Below, piece after piece: positions 25,964 through 35,677 of a stretch of 55,754 nt of DNA. Source of the DNA: a virus (lineage: Duplodnaviria > Caudoviricetes); the IMG/VR virus record IMGVR_UViG_3300020176_000019, positions 1 to 55,754 of that record, one strand, 5' to 3'. Under the pieces are notes generated by a model that made no database searches, was not told where the DNA came from, and was given only the letters and a program-made list of their open reading frames with translations. The translations under genes were made by a program, and so were the position numbers. Each line of letters starts with the position of its first letter. Position 1 is the first letter of the stretch.

Positions 25964-28900
25964 TAGTAGATGGTGTAGGTGTCGTTGATGTTATTCTCGA
26001 TGCCTGTGCGGTTAGCAACTTGGTTATCTCCAAATACGACAACTTCCATTAAAGGGCCGTCTGAGAAAGCTGAACCACCTTGCATTACATGAAACATATT
26101 TTGACCAATATCAACCTGAGTTTCAGTTGCTGTGCCTAAACTTGTTCCGTTGGAAAAAACTTCTTGTGTATTGCCTGACACTTGAGCGGATAAAACTTTT
26201 CTTCCGGTCTGGTTAGTGTAGTCCACAGTGCCTAAAGTGTTGTATGAAAACCCTCCATTTTGAATATAAAGCCTAGGGATAGCGCCTTCAATACCCATAG
26301 CCAAATCATCTTCATAAGCAGCAGTAACCAAAAAGTCCGAACTGTCTAGCTCATTAGTCAGCGTTGGGTGGAACAAAGTGTCATCGACTCCGTCACCAAT
26401 GATTGCTGGGTTGTTCGCTGAGTCAGTCACCAACGTGCCACCATCGACGATTTTTGGTTGTGCGCTTGCGGTTGACTGTGAGCTATCCCGTCCGTTTGAA
26501 CTCTGGTCATACCATGTGGTGACGTGGCCGTCGAATCCTTGACCGCTGAAGAGTGCTGGTGTGCCGTAGACTGTAGCATCGTTAGAGCCAACTTGGTCAG
26601 TCCAATCTGCGTTTGTGTTGCCGTAGCCTTGGTAGGAGGCTTGTCCATTGAAGTTAATGTCTGAAATTACCCCATTAAAGAAATCACTTGAACCAGCACG
26701 GCTACCTATTGACTCCAACGAAAAGTCTGCTGTTGAAACAGAATTGATCGTTTCGGATTGCACAGAAAAACCATCATCTAGCTCTAATGTTAAGTCGCTT
26801 CCAGAGCGAGTTAGCGTGGTAGTATAAATTGTATTTTGGTTATAAGTAAGCCCAGTGAATTCATATAATACCGACGCAATTCTTACACTCGGCATTCCAG
26901 CCGCAATAAATAAGCGATTTGTGCCAGCATTTCCATATACTGTATTTTGTCCAGCTAACCCTGTCGATAAGACTTCGGCTGTTATTGCAAAATCACCAGA
27001 AATAGTCAGAGTGCTTGCGAGATCAATGTGGTCATCCACCCCATCAAAATACATACGTTGACCATCAAGTGCTAGCGTGTCACCTAACGTCCAGTCACGA
27101 AGAGTCCCATCGCTAACCTCGGATGCCGTGAAGTCGCTTGTCGCACCATCGCTTGAGCGTCTCACATTGACCACATTCGGGTCAGCGTCAGCGTCGAACG
27201 AGCGGAGACTGTAAGCGGCTGCGGGTTCTAACGTCAGGATGTTCGGGATAATCTGCTCACCGTTGATGTAAACCTGCCAGCCTTTGCCGGAGAGACTGTC
27301 GATTGCAGCAGTCGTAGCAGCACTGAGTGAACCAGTGGCTACATTGTAGTCGATGTCGATTCCAGCGTCAGCCAAAGCAGAACCACCAGATGCTCCGGTA
27401 GCCGTTGCGTATTTGCCGGATGCGTCGATGGAGACAAGGATGTTCTCTACGCTCTGTGATGTGAGTGACGTGCAGCCGTCCCATGCTATGTTAAACACTC
27501 CGCTTAAGATGCTTGATGGATTCCAGTTAGCGAAGACATCTGCGGAGAAGTCGGTGAGTGAAGTGCATTGATACCAAGCGAAACGCGTGCTAGTCGCTAA
27601 AGGAAGCTCTGTGCTAAAACTTTCAAGTGAAGCGCATCGATACCAAGCGGCATAAGCGTTAATCACTAAGGGAAGCTCTTCGCTAAAACTTTCAAGTGAC
27701 GAGCAGTCTTGCCATGCGTTACTCAAATCAGTCACGGAAGGAAGCGCGGAGCTAAAACTTTCAAGTGATGAGCAGCCACGCCATGCGTTACTCACGGAGG
27801 TCGCTAAGGGAAGCTCTGCGCTAAAACTTGTAAGTGATGAGCAGTCTCTCCATGCGTTACTCGCGGTAGTCGCTGTAGGAAGCGGAGTGCTAAACGAAGT
27901 GAGTCCACTGTCTCTCCATGCGCTCGTAAAGTCCACGTTACTCGCCTCCGTGCCTAGCTTTGCGTCCGCCGGAAATGACGTAAGTGACGAGCAGTTTTGC
28001 CATGATTCAACAAAGCTAGAGCTGTTAGTAGCTTGAATAGCCGAAAACGATACAAGATTACTATTGCCTTTCCAGCTTCTGTATAAATTATTGGCTCCTT
28101 GAAACTCAGTTTGCTTAAACTCAACAATATCAGTTCTATTTAACCACGCGGAGCCGAATCCACCAGTATAAGCAGCATCAGACGCACCTCGGTCGATAAG
28201 CAACTTACGGGCTTCCTCGATGTCACGACCAGTTGCGCTCTCTGGTAACAAAATGATTCCATACAAATCCCCGAATGCCCGATAAGTCCCAGCGTTGCCA
28301 AGCATTGTTAGTTCAGTGACCGCAGTATTGTTCACCTTGTAGGCAAACGTGCCTTTTGAGGTTCCGCAGATTTGCCAGCCAGCCTGAGTTGTCGATGGGA
28401 TGTCTAGGTGGTCGCTGGTGTCCGCAAAGGTAACAACATATCCATCACCCACTGGTTGGTCGTTGGCGGTGGCCTGTGTCGCATACTTGTCGGTGTCCCC
28501 ATTGTCTGAGCCTACGATTCTTCCGTTCCACGATGCGCTGCCTGATGAGATGTTACCGACTGGTGCTTTCTGGGCGTCGTAGAAGTAGTAGCCATCAGTG
28601 TCATGGCGCAAGAACACGGTGTTCCTGTTGTTAATGAAGTTCCGCACAGCGTCCGCTTGGGCATCGGTGATGCTTGATGCGTCGAACAGGGCGAGATACT
28701 CTAGGTCGATTGGCATATTGAAATCACCCGCTTTCCGTGCGGCTAAAACAAAATCATCGACTCCAACAGTTCCGCTTAAAGTTTTATTCTCTTCGTCAGC
28801 GTTGTTAATAAAACTGTTCTGCTCACCGTTTGTTATTTTTACATCAAGCAGCATGTCCCCACGCGCGGAATCATACATTCCATCGTGTATAATCGAACCA

Positions 28901-29985
28901 GCACTGTCATATCGGACTCTAAAAGCATCTTCAGTAGAGTTGCGTCTAATCATCATCGAACCAGACGCGTCATCTCCCCCTGTTGGATTAGTGCTGAACA
29001 ATCGTTGCCAACTTCCTCCTCCATCCCCAAGAACACTAAATGCAGCAAATAGATGGCCGCTTGATAAAGTCTGTCCAAACACTCCGTCCATGAAGTCGTT
29101 AACACCATCGAACCGAAGCACAGGCTTCTTGATGACCGTCGCCACATCGTTAGATGAGCTAGAGTCTTGGTTGATTGTCACCGTCTGACCAGTCGCGCAT
29201 TTGAACTTGGTGTCGTTATGTCTGACATTGGTGGACGTGAAGTCGCAGTTGAATCTGAGTGAGCTTGAAGATGGCGTTACGCTGTCGTAAAACTTGACGC
29301 TGTGAATCGCGGCGTTTGGTAGTAATTCACCAGTTTGGCTATACGAACCCACATAAACGTCAGCGGTTCCTCCGTAAATAGCAAACTTACCTGTTGACCT
29401 ATCTGGGCCTAACTGTGTCCACGTTGCACCCTTATCAATCGATGTGAAAAACTGAGCGATGCCAGTTGAGCTATCAAAAGACACTCGAACCTGTCCCCGT
29501 TGTCCGTCTGCAAATGGAAGCTCGGTTGAAAAAGCAGTTCCAGTTAGCCCTGCGCCTGTTCCATCATCACTAAACTGCAACTGAACCCTTTTATCAGGTC
29601 GCAGTAAAAATCTAAAACTCCGTTGGTCACCATTTGGTTGGTATTTCCCACAAAACGAAGAGTTAGATGTTGGCGTCCAGCTCTTCATGGTGACATCGAC
29701 ATCAATCACTAGGTCACCTGTTATGTCTAGCGATGAGTCATCAGGAGTATTTGCGTTATTACCGTTGATTCCAGAGCAATACAAATACCCATCACCATCA
29801 ATCAACGGTAACGCCTTGGGCTGATTTAACGCGACATCTTGTTCCGCATCGCCGCCTTTGTTGCTCCCTCTGGCGAGATTGCGAAGCACAGGACAGCTCT
29901 CCAAGAAATCGGCTGTCGTCAGGGCTTCGGCGAGAACATCACCAGATGTCGCTGGGCTGGTCAGGGTGGATAGATTGAGTGCCAT
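25963..29985 (-). CDS. Receptor-binding / tail fibre protein, 1340 aa, with several LamG/ConA-like modules and DUF285/BspA-like repeats
   Basis: Repeated FDGVND/FDGVDD/GDGVDD motifs; AAAYSLR..VRRSSD..WYDQS; 23-aa W..C.SL.SF repeats. Confidence 0.8.
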   Translation of the reverse strand: MALNLSTLTSPATSGDVLAEALTTADFLESCPVLRNLARGSNKGGDAEQDVALNQPKALPLIDGDGYLYCSGINGNNANTPDDSSLDITGDLVIDVDVTMKSWTPTSNSSFCGKYQPNGDQRSFRFLLRPDKRVQLQFSDDGTGAGLTGTAFSTELPFADGQRGQVRVSFDSSTGIAQFFTSIDKGATWTQLGPDRSTGKFAIYGGTADVYVGSYSQTGELLPNAAIHSVKFYDSVTPSSSSLRFNCDFTSTNVRHNDTKFKCATGQTVTINQDSSSSNDVATVIKKPVLRFDGVNDFMDGVFGQTLSSGHLFAAFSVLGDGGGSWQRLFSTNPTGGDDASGSMMIRRNSTEDAFRVRYDSAGSIIHDGMYDSARGDMLLDVKITNGEQNSFINNADEENKTLSGTVGVDDFVLAARKAGDFNMPIDLEYLALFDASSITDAQADAVRNFINNRNTVFLRHDTDGYYFYDAQKAPVGNISSGSASWNGRIVGSDNGDTDKYATQATANDQPVGDGYVVTFADTSDHLDIPSTTQAGWQICGTSKGTFAYKVNNTAVTELTMLGNAGTYRAFGDLYGIILLPESATGRDIEEARKLLIDRGASDAAYTGGFGSAWLNRTDIVEFKQTEFQGANNLYRSWKGNSNLVSFSAIQATNSSSFVESWQNCSSLTSFPADAKLGTEASNVDFTSAWRDSGLTSFSTPLPTATTASNAWRDCSSLTSFSAELPLATSVSNAWRGCSSLESFSSALPSVTDLSNAWQDCSSLESFSEELPLVINAYAAWYRCASLESFSTELPLATSTRFAWYQCTSLTDFSADVFANWNPSSILSGVFNIAWDGCTSLTSQSVENILVSIDASGKYATATGASGGSALADAGIDIDYNVATGSLSAATTAAIDSLSGKGWQVYINGEQIIPNILTLEPAAAYSLRSFDADADPNVVNVRRSSDGATSDFTASEVSDGTLRDWTLGDTLALDGQRMYFDGVDDHIDLASTLTISGDFAITAEVLSTGLAGQNTVYGNAGTNRLFIAAGMPSVRIASVLYEFTGLTYNQNTIYTTTLTRSGSDLTLELDDGFSVQSETINSVSTADFSLESIGSRAGSSDFFNGVISDINFNGQASYQGYGNTNADWTDQVGSNDATVYGTPALFSGQGFDGHVTTWYDQSSNGRDSSQSTASAQPKIVDGGTLVTDSANNPAIIGDGVDDTLFHPTLTNELDSSDFLVTAAYEDDLAMGIEGAIPRLYIQNGGFSYNTLGTVDYTNQTGRKVLSAQVSGNTQEVFSNGTSLGTATETQVDIGQNMFHVMQGGSAFSDGPLMEVVVFGDNQVANRTGIENNINDTYTIY
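27545..27925 (-). repeat. 69-bp (23-aa) coding tandem repeats, DUF285/BspA-like
   Basis: GCTAAAACTTTCAAGTGA-like core recurring every 69 bp; FS.ELP.AT..SNAW..C.SL.S, about 5 copies. Confidence 0.85.
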
Positions 29986-29988
29986 TGG

Positions 29989-32295
29989 TTATAGAGAGTC
30001 TGAGTGATAAGGCCAGTAGATGACGCGTTTGATGTGACCGTTGAGTTGATTTCCGCCAGTTTGGGCCGCCCCAATGTAAAGCCTATCAATACCGACAGGC
30101 ATGTTGCCTGAAGTGTCAGGTGTTGCCGAAATGCCGTCGCGGGATGAAAGGAAATTATTAGCCTTAAATGAATGAGCTGAACGTGATAGGACATTGTTTG
30201 CCACAACTGTTAAACCACCCATAGATGCGGAAGTAGACCCCCCACTAAAAACAGCCAATCCACCAGAATTGCTAGTTGACCGAGCATAGATTCGATTTGA
30301 TGCTGAATTGTCTGAAAATGCAAAGGTGGTATTAAAATCAAAATATCCGCGACCAGTTGATTCAGTATAAATCGTCCCCTCGCTCTGGTTGTAGAAGTCA
30401 CTAAACGTGGTCCGCGATGCCGCTGCGCCTGATGTTGGGATGAGGCTTGTTGCATCTCCTGCTTCTAGTTGCGCACCCCACACTAAGACGCTTGATGTGT
30501 CTGTTCCATAAGAGCTATTTCTTTCTACATCAACCTCAAAGTCTGAATTTGTCCCGTCTGCAATAAACGAGAATCCAATGCGATACCAGCCGTTTCCGAC
30601 TTCTTGCACAAAACGGTCACTGGTTGTTCCATTGTTATTGAAAACTGTATTTGCAGACCAATTAATTTGAATCCTAAATAAAGTCCCACCCGTTACCCTT
30701 ACACCTAAAGTTGTTTGGCCTTGGACATCAATATTTTTAAGGTAAACGCTGGCTGAGTATTCCGTCCCATTAACCAAAGCAATGTCATTAAATTTTGTTC
30801 TATCGTTTCCATCGTTTCCCACTTTAGTTATCTTCGTGGCGGTCTGACTACCATCTGGTGAAATCGCAAAGTCTTCAATTCTGGTTACCCCATTCAAAGG
30901 CCAATTTGTGTCTGGTGTGCTGTATTCCACCAAGTTCGTCGAGTCCCGCTCAATTTGTAGGTCATCCGCTTGTCTCGTCACGGTGCTTCCGCTGGTCGGG
31001 ATGTAGGACGTGGCGACACTTCCGGTCTCGATTTGTGCGCCCCACACGTCAATAACATCGGCTGTATCGCTCGTGCTATTATTATTGGTTACAAAAATCT
31101 TGACCCCTGTGTTGTCAGCCAAGGTAGTAAGGGTGAGGTCTTTCACCCGTTGCCATTCTCCAGTGAGAAGAACTTGCACGAACTGAGAACCCACGTAAGT
31201 TCCGCCCTGCCGTTTAGCGTAAACACTGATTGTCTCGCCAGCGGTTCCGCGAACATACAGGCTTCCAGTATATTCGGTAGAAGGAGATATACTTGCGGTT
31301 TGGGAAGCGGCTCTATCTCCTGCCGCTAGTTGAATACCTGACACCCGATATGCATTATTACTTCCATCGGGGGCATCAATTCCCGAAACGACTGAAGCCG
31401 TTCCTTGAGAAAAGAACACAGTTGAAGGTATGAGATTCGTCGCTGACGGCTCCACCAGTATCATCGGCACACGCGGCCCGTAGGTTGCACCCGTGATGAA
31501 CTTCGGGCTGCCCGTTGTGTTGGACACGAAGTCGCTCGCGGTTGTGCCTTCTTCGAGCTGTGGTCCGTAAATGTAAATACCACCACTGTCAGTAACGACT
31601 GAAGAGTTGTCAGTGTCGCCTACGTAAATCGCTTTTACTGTGCCTGATGATGCTGTGAATGTGACTGAACATCTAAACCAACCGTTGCCAGCGTCTTCTA
31701 TGTTAGCCGTGTTTCCTGCTGCTATTGTCCCGACTGTTCCAGTATCCAGATTAAAATAAGTCCGACCAGTGTTCGTGTCATAAAGAACAACAAAGTCTTT
31801 CTCTTTTTTCTTCGCGTAAACACTAAAAGTGAAGACTCCTGTAATGCTTGAATCAAACCTGTATATTGAACCCGCATTGGTTTGTCCTGAGTTTTGCTCC
31901 AAGTAAGTAGCGTTATTCTCTCCGTCAGGACTTATTGCAGCGTTGGCCGTATCTGATGTCCGAGCATGAAGCCAATTGCTGAAATCAGTGTTTTCAATCC
32001 GCTGAAACTTCGTCGGGGTCAGCTCTTCGCCTTGCGTGTAGTCCACCCGCACCGTGTCGGCACTAGCCGATTGGATCAGACCATCCGCATCAGTATACGT
32101 AGCAACACCTGATCGCGTTGCCGTAATCACGTCCAACGTATCAGGGTCAGAGGGATCAAGGTCCAGCGTAGGGTTCTCAAATGTCCCGATCATGGATGAA
32201 CGGGTATCGAACAAGAGATACGGGTCCAAGGATAAGGGGTTGAAGGGGACTCCCCCACCTCTGGTGAGACCTAAGCCGAGACCGAGCTGAGACAT
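29989..32295 (-). CDS. Tail fibre / head-spike protein with three carbohydrate-binding-like modules
   Basis: TRSGVATYTDADG..; three (S/A)PDG..(W/Y)G.Q(L/I)E.G..AT/S modules; C-terminal LamG-like segment. Confidence 0.75.
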   Translation of the reverse strand: MSQLGLGLGLTRGGGVPFNPLSLDPYLLFDTRSSMIGTFENPTLDLDPSDPDTLDVITATRSGVATYTDADGLIQSASADTVRVDYTQGEELTPTKFQRIENTDFSNWLHARTSDTANAAISPDGENNATYLEQNSGQTNAGSIYRFDSSITGVFTFSVYAKKKEKDFVVLYDTNTGRTYFNLDTGTVGTIAAGNTANIEDAGNGWFRCSVTFTASSGTVKAIYVGDTDNSSVVTDSGGIYIYGPQLEEGTTASDFVSNTTGSPKFITGATYGPRVPMILVEPSATNLIPSTVFFSQGTASVVSGIDAPDGSNNAYRVSGIQLAAGDRAASQTASISPSTEYTGSLYVRGTAGETISVYAKRQGGTYVGSQFVQVLLTGEWQRVKDLTLTTLADNTGVKIFVTNNNSTSDTADVIDVWGAQIETGSVATSYIPTSGSTVTRQADDLQIERDSTNLVEYSTPDTNWPLNGVTRIEDFAISPDGSQTATKITKVGNDGNDRTKFNDIALVNGTEYSASVYLKNIDVQGQTTLGVRVTGGTLFRIQINWSANTVFNNNGTTSDRFVQEVGNGWYRIGFSFIADGTNSDFEVDVERNSSYGTDTSSVLVWGAQLEAGDATSLIPTSGAAASRTTFSDFYNQSEGTIYTESTGRGYFDFNTTFAFSDNSASNRIYARSTSNSGGLAVFSGGSTSASMGGLTVVANNVLSRSAHSFKANNFLSSRDGISATPDTSGNMPVGIDRLYIGAAQTGGNQLNGHIKRVIYWPYHSDSL

Positions 32296-32301
32296 AGCTG
32301 A

Positions 32302-32550
32302 TTAAACTTGTTTGTATGCAAGAACAGACCCGAAATCTACCGTGAAGGCAGTGATCTGACCGTAGATCACAGTTCCAGCAGCGATGGTCACCGTAGGGAA
32401 TGTTCCAGTCAACTCAGGCCACGTCACAGAAGTAAACGCCGTGTCAGTAAGACACTGCAAAGCGCAGAAGTCACCAGTAGCAGATCCGCTGTCGGTGACG
32501 TAGGTCGCGCCCTTCTGTCCGAAGGTTTGTTTGTCGATGTTGTTAGTCAT
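32302..32550 (-). CDS. Small virion structural protein
   Basis: 82 aa beta-rich, AGTVIYGQITAFTV..G.VLAY; in the late operon. Confidence 0.6.
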   Translation of the reverse strand: MTNNIDKQTFGQKGATYVTDSGSATGDFCALQCLTDTAFTSVTWPELTGTFPTVTIAAGTVIYGQITAFTVDFGSVLAYKQV

Positions 32551-33507
32551 TTAGATAATGTTTGGGATGTTAATTTGATTGCCAACTGGCTTGAGAATCG
32601 GTTTGGGCTTGGCGGCTCCTCTGGCTGCGTCGAGTTCTTCATCCAAGAGCTGGCGGCAGATCGTCCAGTGGTATTGGGCGCGTTCGAGGTCCGCGTTGTC
32701 CTCAGCGAGCATACCCAAAAGGCCGTGCTTAATTGCGTTCAGGTTTCCTAAGTAAATGATGTCGTCCTGCGTCAGGACTGTCTGCCACGCCCGTTTGAGC
32801 AGCAATTTGACGTTCTTGGTCTGTCCGCTGCTGTTCGCGAACCGGAATCTACGGTATCGGGCTACGCCGTCGCCCCTGACGACTGCCATAAGAGTCATCT
32901 CATCGAGCGTGCCTGTCCCGTAATACACCCCCACTTCTTCAGGGACATCACTAAAGCTGATGGACTTGATGTCCATGATGTCGCTATGGGGCGATGTAGA
33001 TGTAGCCCCTCCGGCTAAATCGAACGTGTATTCAGAAATTGTGTCTTCACCCAGACTAGAATCCGTATTCCTCCCATAAACGACGGTAATCGATCCTTCT
33101 GACGGTAATGTAGTGTTCGGTAGAACAGGAAGAATCGTTATGGCGTCAACATCACTAGGCTCTTTGTGGACAATTTCCTCCTTAGCCTCGTGGAAACCGT
33201 CATCGATCACACCGAAAATAGGTGCTGGTCCTTCGCTGGCGTAGCCGGAAATCCGGTAATCGTGCCACTGAGACTGCATTTCGACCGGAGAATTCTCCAG
33301 CATCGCCCCGATCAGGCTCTCAGAATGCTCCGGTAGCGCGAAATAGTCGTTCGCGGTCTCAATGGACCAGTCATACAGCAAATCACGCCACATCCCCATC
33401 GCATACAGGCGGGGCATGACCATATTTAACTTCGCCACGATATCCTCATCAGGGCGAACGTAGTCAGAAAGGGCTTTAGTTACCGCCTTGACAGTCAACG
33501 CTGGCAT
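32551..33507 (-). CDS. Putative head-tail adaptor / tail tubular protein
   Basis: Helical N- and C-termini around a beta core, as in podoviral adaptors; position. Confidence 0.5.
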   Translation of the reverse strand: MPALTVKAVTKALSDYVRPDEDIVAKLNMVMPRLYAMGMWRDLLYDWSIETANDYFALPEHSESLIGAMLENSPVEMQSQWHDYRISGYASEGPAPIFGVIDDGFHEAKEEIVHKEPSDVDAITILPVLPNTTLPSEGSITVVYGRNTDSSLGEDTISEYTFDLAGGATSTSPHSDIMDIKSISFSDVPEEVGVYYGTGTLDEMTLMAVVRGDGVARYRRFRFANSSGQTKNVKLLLKRAWQTVLTQDDIIYLGNLNAIKHGLLGMLAEDNADLERAQYHWTICRQLLDEELDAARGAAKPKPILKPVGNQINIPNII

Positions 33508-33513
33508 AGGCCG

Positions 33514-33542
33514 AATATAATAGGATTAGGTAGCCAAGTCAA
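33514..33542 (-). promoter_or_regulatory. sigma70-type promoter, predicted leaderless transcript
   Basis: TTGACT-N17-TATATT, then 6 nt to ATG 33507. Confidence 0.7.
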
Positions 33543-33558
33543 TCACTGAGAGTTCGGG

Positions 33559-33687
33559 CTATTTCTTACGAATCTTAGCCTTTTTGCCGCGAAGCTCGCG
33601 GAGGAATTTGGCCTTTTGGGCCTCCGTCAAGGGGCTGCCTTTCGACAATAAATAAGCTGTTTGCTTCTTTGTAGGGTTTTTGGGCAT
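33559..33687 (-). CDS. Small basic protein (42 aa, not in track)
   Basis: MPKNPTKKQTAYLLSKGSPLTEAQKAKFLRELRGKKAKIRKK. Confidence 0.55.
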   Translation of the reverse strand: MPKNPTKKQTAYLLSKGSPLTEAQKAKFLRELRGKKAKIRKK

Positions 33688-33706
33688 TTAATTAGCGGTT
33701 ATTACC

Positions 33707-34999
33707 TTATACGTAGGCGATCCAACTTGATCTTGATATAGGTCTCCAGTTAAGGTTGCTTCTTTCTAAAGCTCTGCGGACTCCTGCATGCCTCCTATGG
33801 TCAAGGTCATGGCCAGCTAGAATACCTCCTTTTGATATTTTGGGGATCCAAGCTTCAATATCTGCGGTGACTTGCTCTTCTACATGCCCTCCATCTATAA
33901 AACAAAAGAAAACTGATGAATCCTCGTGGTTCTGTGCAGCCTCTACAGAATTGGATCTTACGATTTCTGGACGGTTGTGGGGGCATAATTCTTCAAGATC
34001 CCGCCGTAGTCGATCCAACCACCCCTCTACGGTGGATACATCTTTATAAGGTGTCCCTAGATAATAGGTCGGATCAATCTGATCATATCCGACAATATTG
34101 AGGCTCTTACCAATCGCAGTCGCATACGAACTCATGTAACCGATTGATCTACCCGCCCAAACACCAATTTCCACCATTGTAGCCCCTTCTGGAGCTTCTT
34201 CCACGACTTTTCGGTAAACGTCGCTATAGTCAAACCAGCCCGCCAACACGTTAGTTTGGGGCCTTAGTTTTTCCCTGAACAACTTCTGGAAACGGCCAGA
34301 TTTCCTACTGATTTCCCTATCTCTACGTTCTTGATGCCTCCTAATCCCTGAAGAGTGTTGTTTTCCTCTAACTACTCGTCTTTCATCTAAGTCATACGTC
34401 CAACGGTAATGCTCCAGTAGCATCCCCTTTTTATCTTTTCTCCACCCCTTCTTATGGTCGTGTAAATGGATATGGGGTTTTCTAGTTAAATAGCATTTTA
34501 AGTCTGGAGTCTGGAATGACCTTATGATTTGAGTCTGGACAGGAGCTGCTCGTCGAAACTCTTGAAGAGATTTATAGTGAGACTCATACAGGTCCCCTCC
34601 TACAGCAAATCGATCAATCATACGGCCTTCCGCAAAATCAGATTCTCCATTCTCTATCCTACCGACAATACCGGATATAGCACTGAGATCAGATACAAAC
34701 TCGTCTTTGTCGAGGTGCATAATCCATTGGCATTCTGGTTCGCTCCCCATTTCACTTTCTAATTTTTTTATGGTTCTGCCATTGTGGAAAATATCCTCTG
34801 GGAAGTCAACAAGTCGAACACGGCCATTGAATTTATCCACAATATCTTTCACGGTATCGGGAGATTCTTCATGTCTGCGGCATAACAAAACCACACCGCG
34901 TTCGCATATTTGCATATGCCAAGACAAGAAGGCTTCTAAAAATTCGGCCTTCGCGTTACTTCTAGTTGCAAGGAACAACCCTTTAATTGTATCTCTCAT
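33707..34999 (-). CDS. Fusion of GT-A (GT2-like) glycosyltransferase and class I SAM methyltransferase (Methyltransf_24-like)
   Basis: N-terminal WIMHLDKDEF (DxD); C-terminal VEIGVWAGRS, FIDGGH, GGILAGHD. Confidence 0.75.
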   Translation of the reverse strand: MRDTIKGLFLATRSNAKAEFLEAFLSWHMQICERGVVLLCRRHEESPDTVKDIVDKFNGRVRLVDFPEDIFHNGRTIKKLESEMGSEPECQWIMHLDKDEFVSDLSAISGIVGRIENGESDFAEGRMIDRFAVGGDLYESHYKSLQEFRRAAPVQTQIIRSFQTPDLKCYLTRKPHIHLHDHKKGWRKDKKGMLLEHYRWTYDLDERRVVRGKQHSSGIRRHQERRDREISRKSGRFQKLFREKLRPQTNVLAGWFDYSDVYRKVVEEAPEGATMVEIGVWAGRSIGYMSSYATAIGKSLNIVGYDQIDPTYYLGTPYKDVSTVEGWLDRLRRDLEELCPHNRPEIVRSNSVEAAQNHEDSSVFFCFIDGGHVEEQVTADIEAWIPKISKGGILAGHDLDHRRHAGVRRALERSNLNWRPISRSSWIAYV

Positions 35000-35005
35000 A
35001 AATCT

Positions 35006-35677
35006 CTACCAAAATTTTGTTTCGTTAGTCTTGCCGCTGATATTCGATGAACCAGCTCTCTGGCCGACAATCCACTCTTTTGGGCAGTAAACTGGCCAAT
35101 CTTTACGGCGGTGAGCGAGTTCTAGCTGGTGGTCAATATGCTTGGCCGAACCTCTGTAGTCCGTCGCATATGAGATGTGGCGGTAGAGAGCGGTAAGAGT
35201 TGGTTGGTTGACAGCATAAGCGTGCGTCCGGTTGATGGAGCCGCCAATAACCACATTAGGGTCTTCGGTTACCTTCGTAGGTCTGCGGTGCTGACCCCCT
35301 AAGTAAATTTGACCCCAGTCTTCTGGAACGGCCTCCATGAAGTTATTTAACCTTTCCAAAGGATTATCTTTGAAAATAATGTCATCCTCCATGATCAGGA
35401 CGTTATTGCAGTTCATGCGCCCACGCTCGTCGCGGTCGTGGATTACATCTTCTAAGATGCGTTGGTGCGAACGTAGGCAACCCCACGCCCCTCTACCGGA
35501 ACCCCAATCAGCCGGACAGGTCGTCCAGTCGCCAATAATAGCCGGATAATAGATGACCCAGTCGTTATTTGCCATGCCTGTTTCCTCCAGATGCCTCTTC
35601 GTTTCCTCTAGTCTGTCTGGCCTGTGCGCGCAGTTGATCACGTAAACGCGGTCAAACCAGTCGGTTAGGTTCTTCAT
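35006..35677 (-). CDS. GT25-family glycosyltransferase
   Basis: FDRVYVINC..RPDR, GAWGCLRSH, LIMEDD, WGQIYLGG, THAYAV. Confidence 0.85.
   Translation of the reverse strand: MKNLTDWFDRVYVINCAHRPDRLEETKRHLEETGMANNDWVIYYPAIIGDWTTCPADWGSGRGAWGCLRSHQRILEDVIHDRDERGRMNCNNVLIMEDDIIFKDNPLERLNNFMEAVPEDWGQIYLGGQHRRPTKVTEDPNVVIGGSINRTHAYAVNQPTLTALYRHISYATDYRGSAKHIDHQLELAHRRKDWPVYCPKEWIVGQRAGSSNISGKTNETKFW

Noticed and set aside
25963-32295. Diversity-generating retroelement acting on the fibres
   Set aside because: No reverse transcriptase and no TR/VR pair with adenine-specific differences seen in this window
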